A DNA stretch of 61,285 nt, the filler included, from Sphacelaria rigidula (Eukaryota): assembly GCA_964200075.2 (NCBI GenBank). It is 6 parts of 6 records of this genome, joined end to end, with 100 filler letters (N's around TTAATTAATTAA, not from the genome) between each part and the next. Parts side by side here need not be neighbours in the genome. Positions count along the whole stretch, not along the records: positions 51,156 to 61,285 come from CAXNAA020007072.1; 5 more parts are not named here. The stretch is one strand, 5' to 3'. Positions 60,661-61,285 of this stretch are shown in pieces. The notes beneath the pieces were generated by a model that was given only the letters and a program-made list of their open reading frames with translations, was not told where the DNA came from and ran no database searches. Every line of letters begins with the position of its first letter. The first letter of the stretch is position 1. Position numbers and translations under genes: made by a program.

Positions 60661-61285
60661 GAATATACCAAGACACACCCTGAGTATCAACTATTCACAG
60701 CCGAACGACAAACCCATGCAAAATTAAGCCCGGGTGGGACGGTGGGATCGAAGGCGCCCTGTGTTTCGCATATGAACCCCTTTCAGAGCTATGTGCAACG
60801 TATTGATGCGTTTGTTGATACGTCAAGCGATCCCGCTTTTGGGGGGTGGTATCCCCAGTCCCCACCAAACTCTCTGCGTTCGCTTGTCCTCCACGTAAGT
60901 GATGGCGAACGATACGTCACCTCCGTTTAGTGTTACACTAACAGCTGATTTACCTGAGTTCAGAATAGGCCGGTATACTACAAGGATTAAGGTGTAGCCG
61001 CTCTTCATCTCTTGAACAGAGTGTAAGCAAGTGTGAGCAATTCATGTATATAGATAATCCCAACGAAGCGCTTGCATGTTTTCTTTATCTGACTGAGGCG
61101 ACGGAACATTTTTCTGAACAACAAAATGTTCAATATTCTTGCTCAATGTAAAGATCCAACCATATATGTGAACGGGGCCGGCGTCTACAGGGCACCATCT
61201 CCATGTATGTGCAATACAGGCTGGGCCGCCTAAGAAGCTCACTTTCCTTCATCCCGTTTTAACTGACGATGTATCGCGAGTTGTG

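Overview
This is eukaryotic, transposon-dominated DNA, most likely from a brown alga (Phaeophyceae). That is an inference from an EsV-1-7 repeat gene, roughly balanced GC, GT-AG introns and the TE types. The window is not one locus. It is six unrelated contigs of 10132, 10132, 10131, 10130, 10130 and 10130 bp, sorted by size and joined by an artificial N44-TTAATTAATTAA-N44 linker. Contig 1 is non-coding dispersed repeats. Contig 2 is a decayed Ty3/Gypsy LTR retrotransposon (minus strand) with its RT core deleted. Contig 3 holds a P-like TIR element, MITEs, and a second Gypsy element with its 3' LTR, whose integrase is split by a 2.7-kb CACAC...GTGTG element. Contig 4 holds a ~43-bp hairpin-unit tandem array next to an intron-rich DDD/E transposase-like pseudogene, plus a 445-bp foldback. 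Contig 5 holds an intronless ~16-repeat EsV-1-7 zinc-finger-like gene, the only apparently intact protein gene. Contig 6 holds a full-length tRNA-derived SINE, MITEs and large foldbacks. Most short ORFs in the supplied track are spurious. All alignments were made by eye; no database searches were run.
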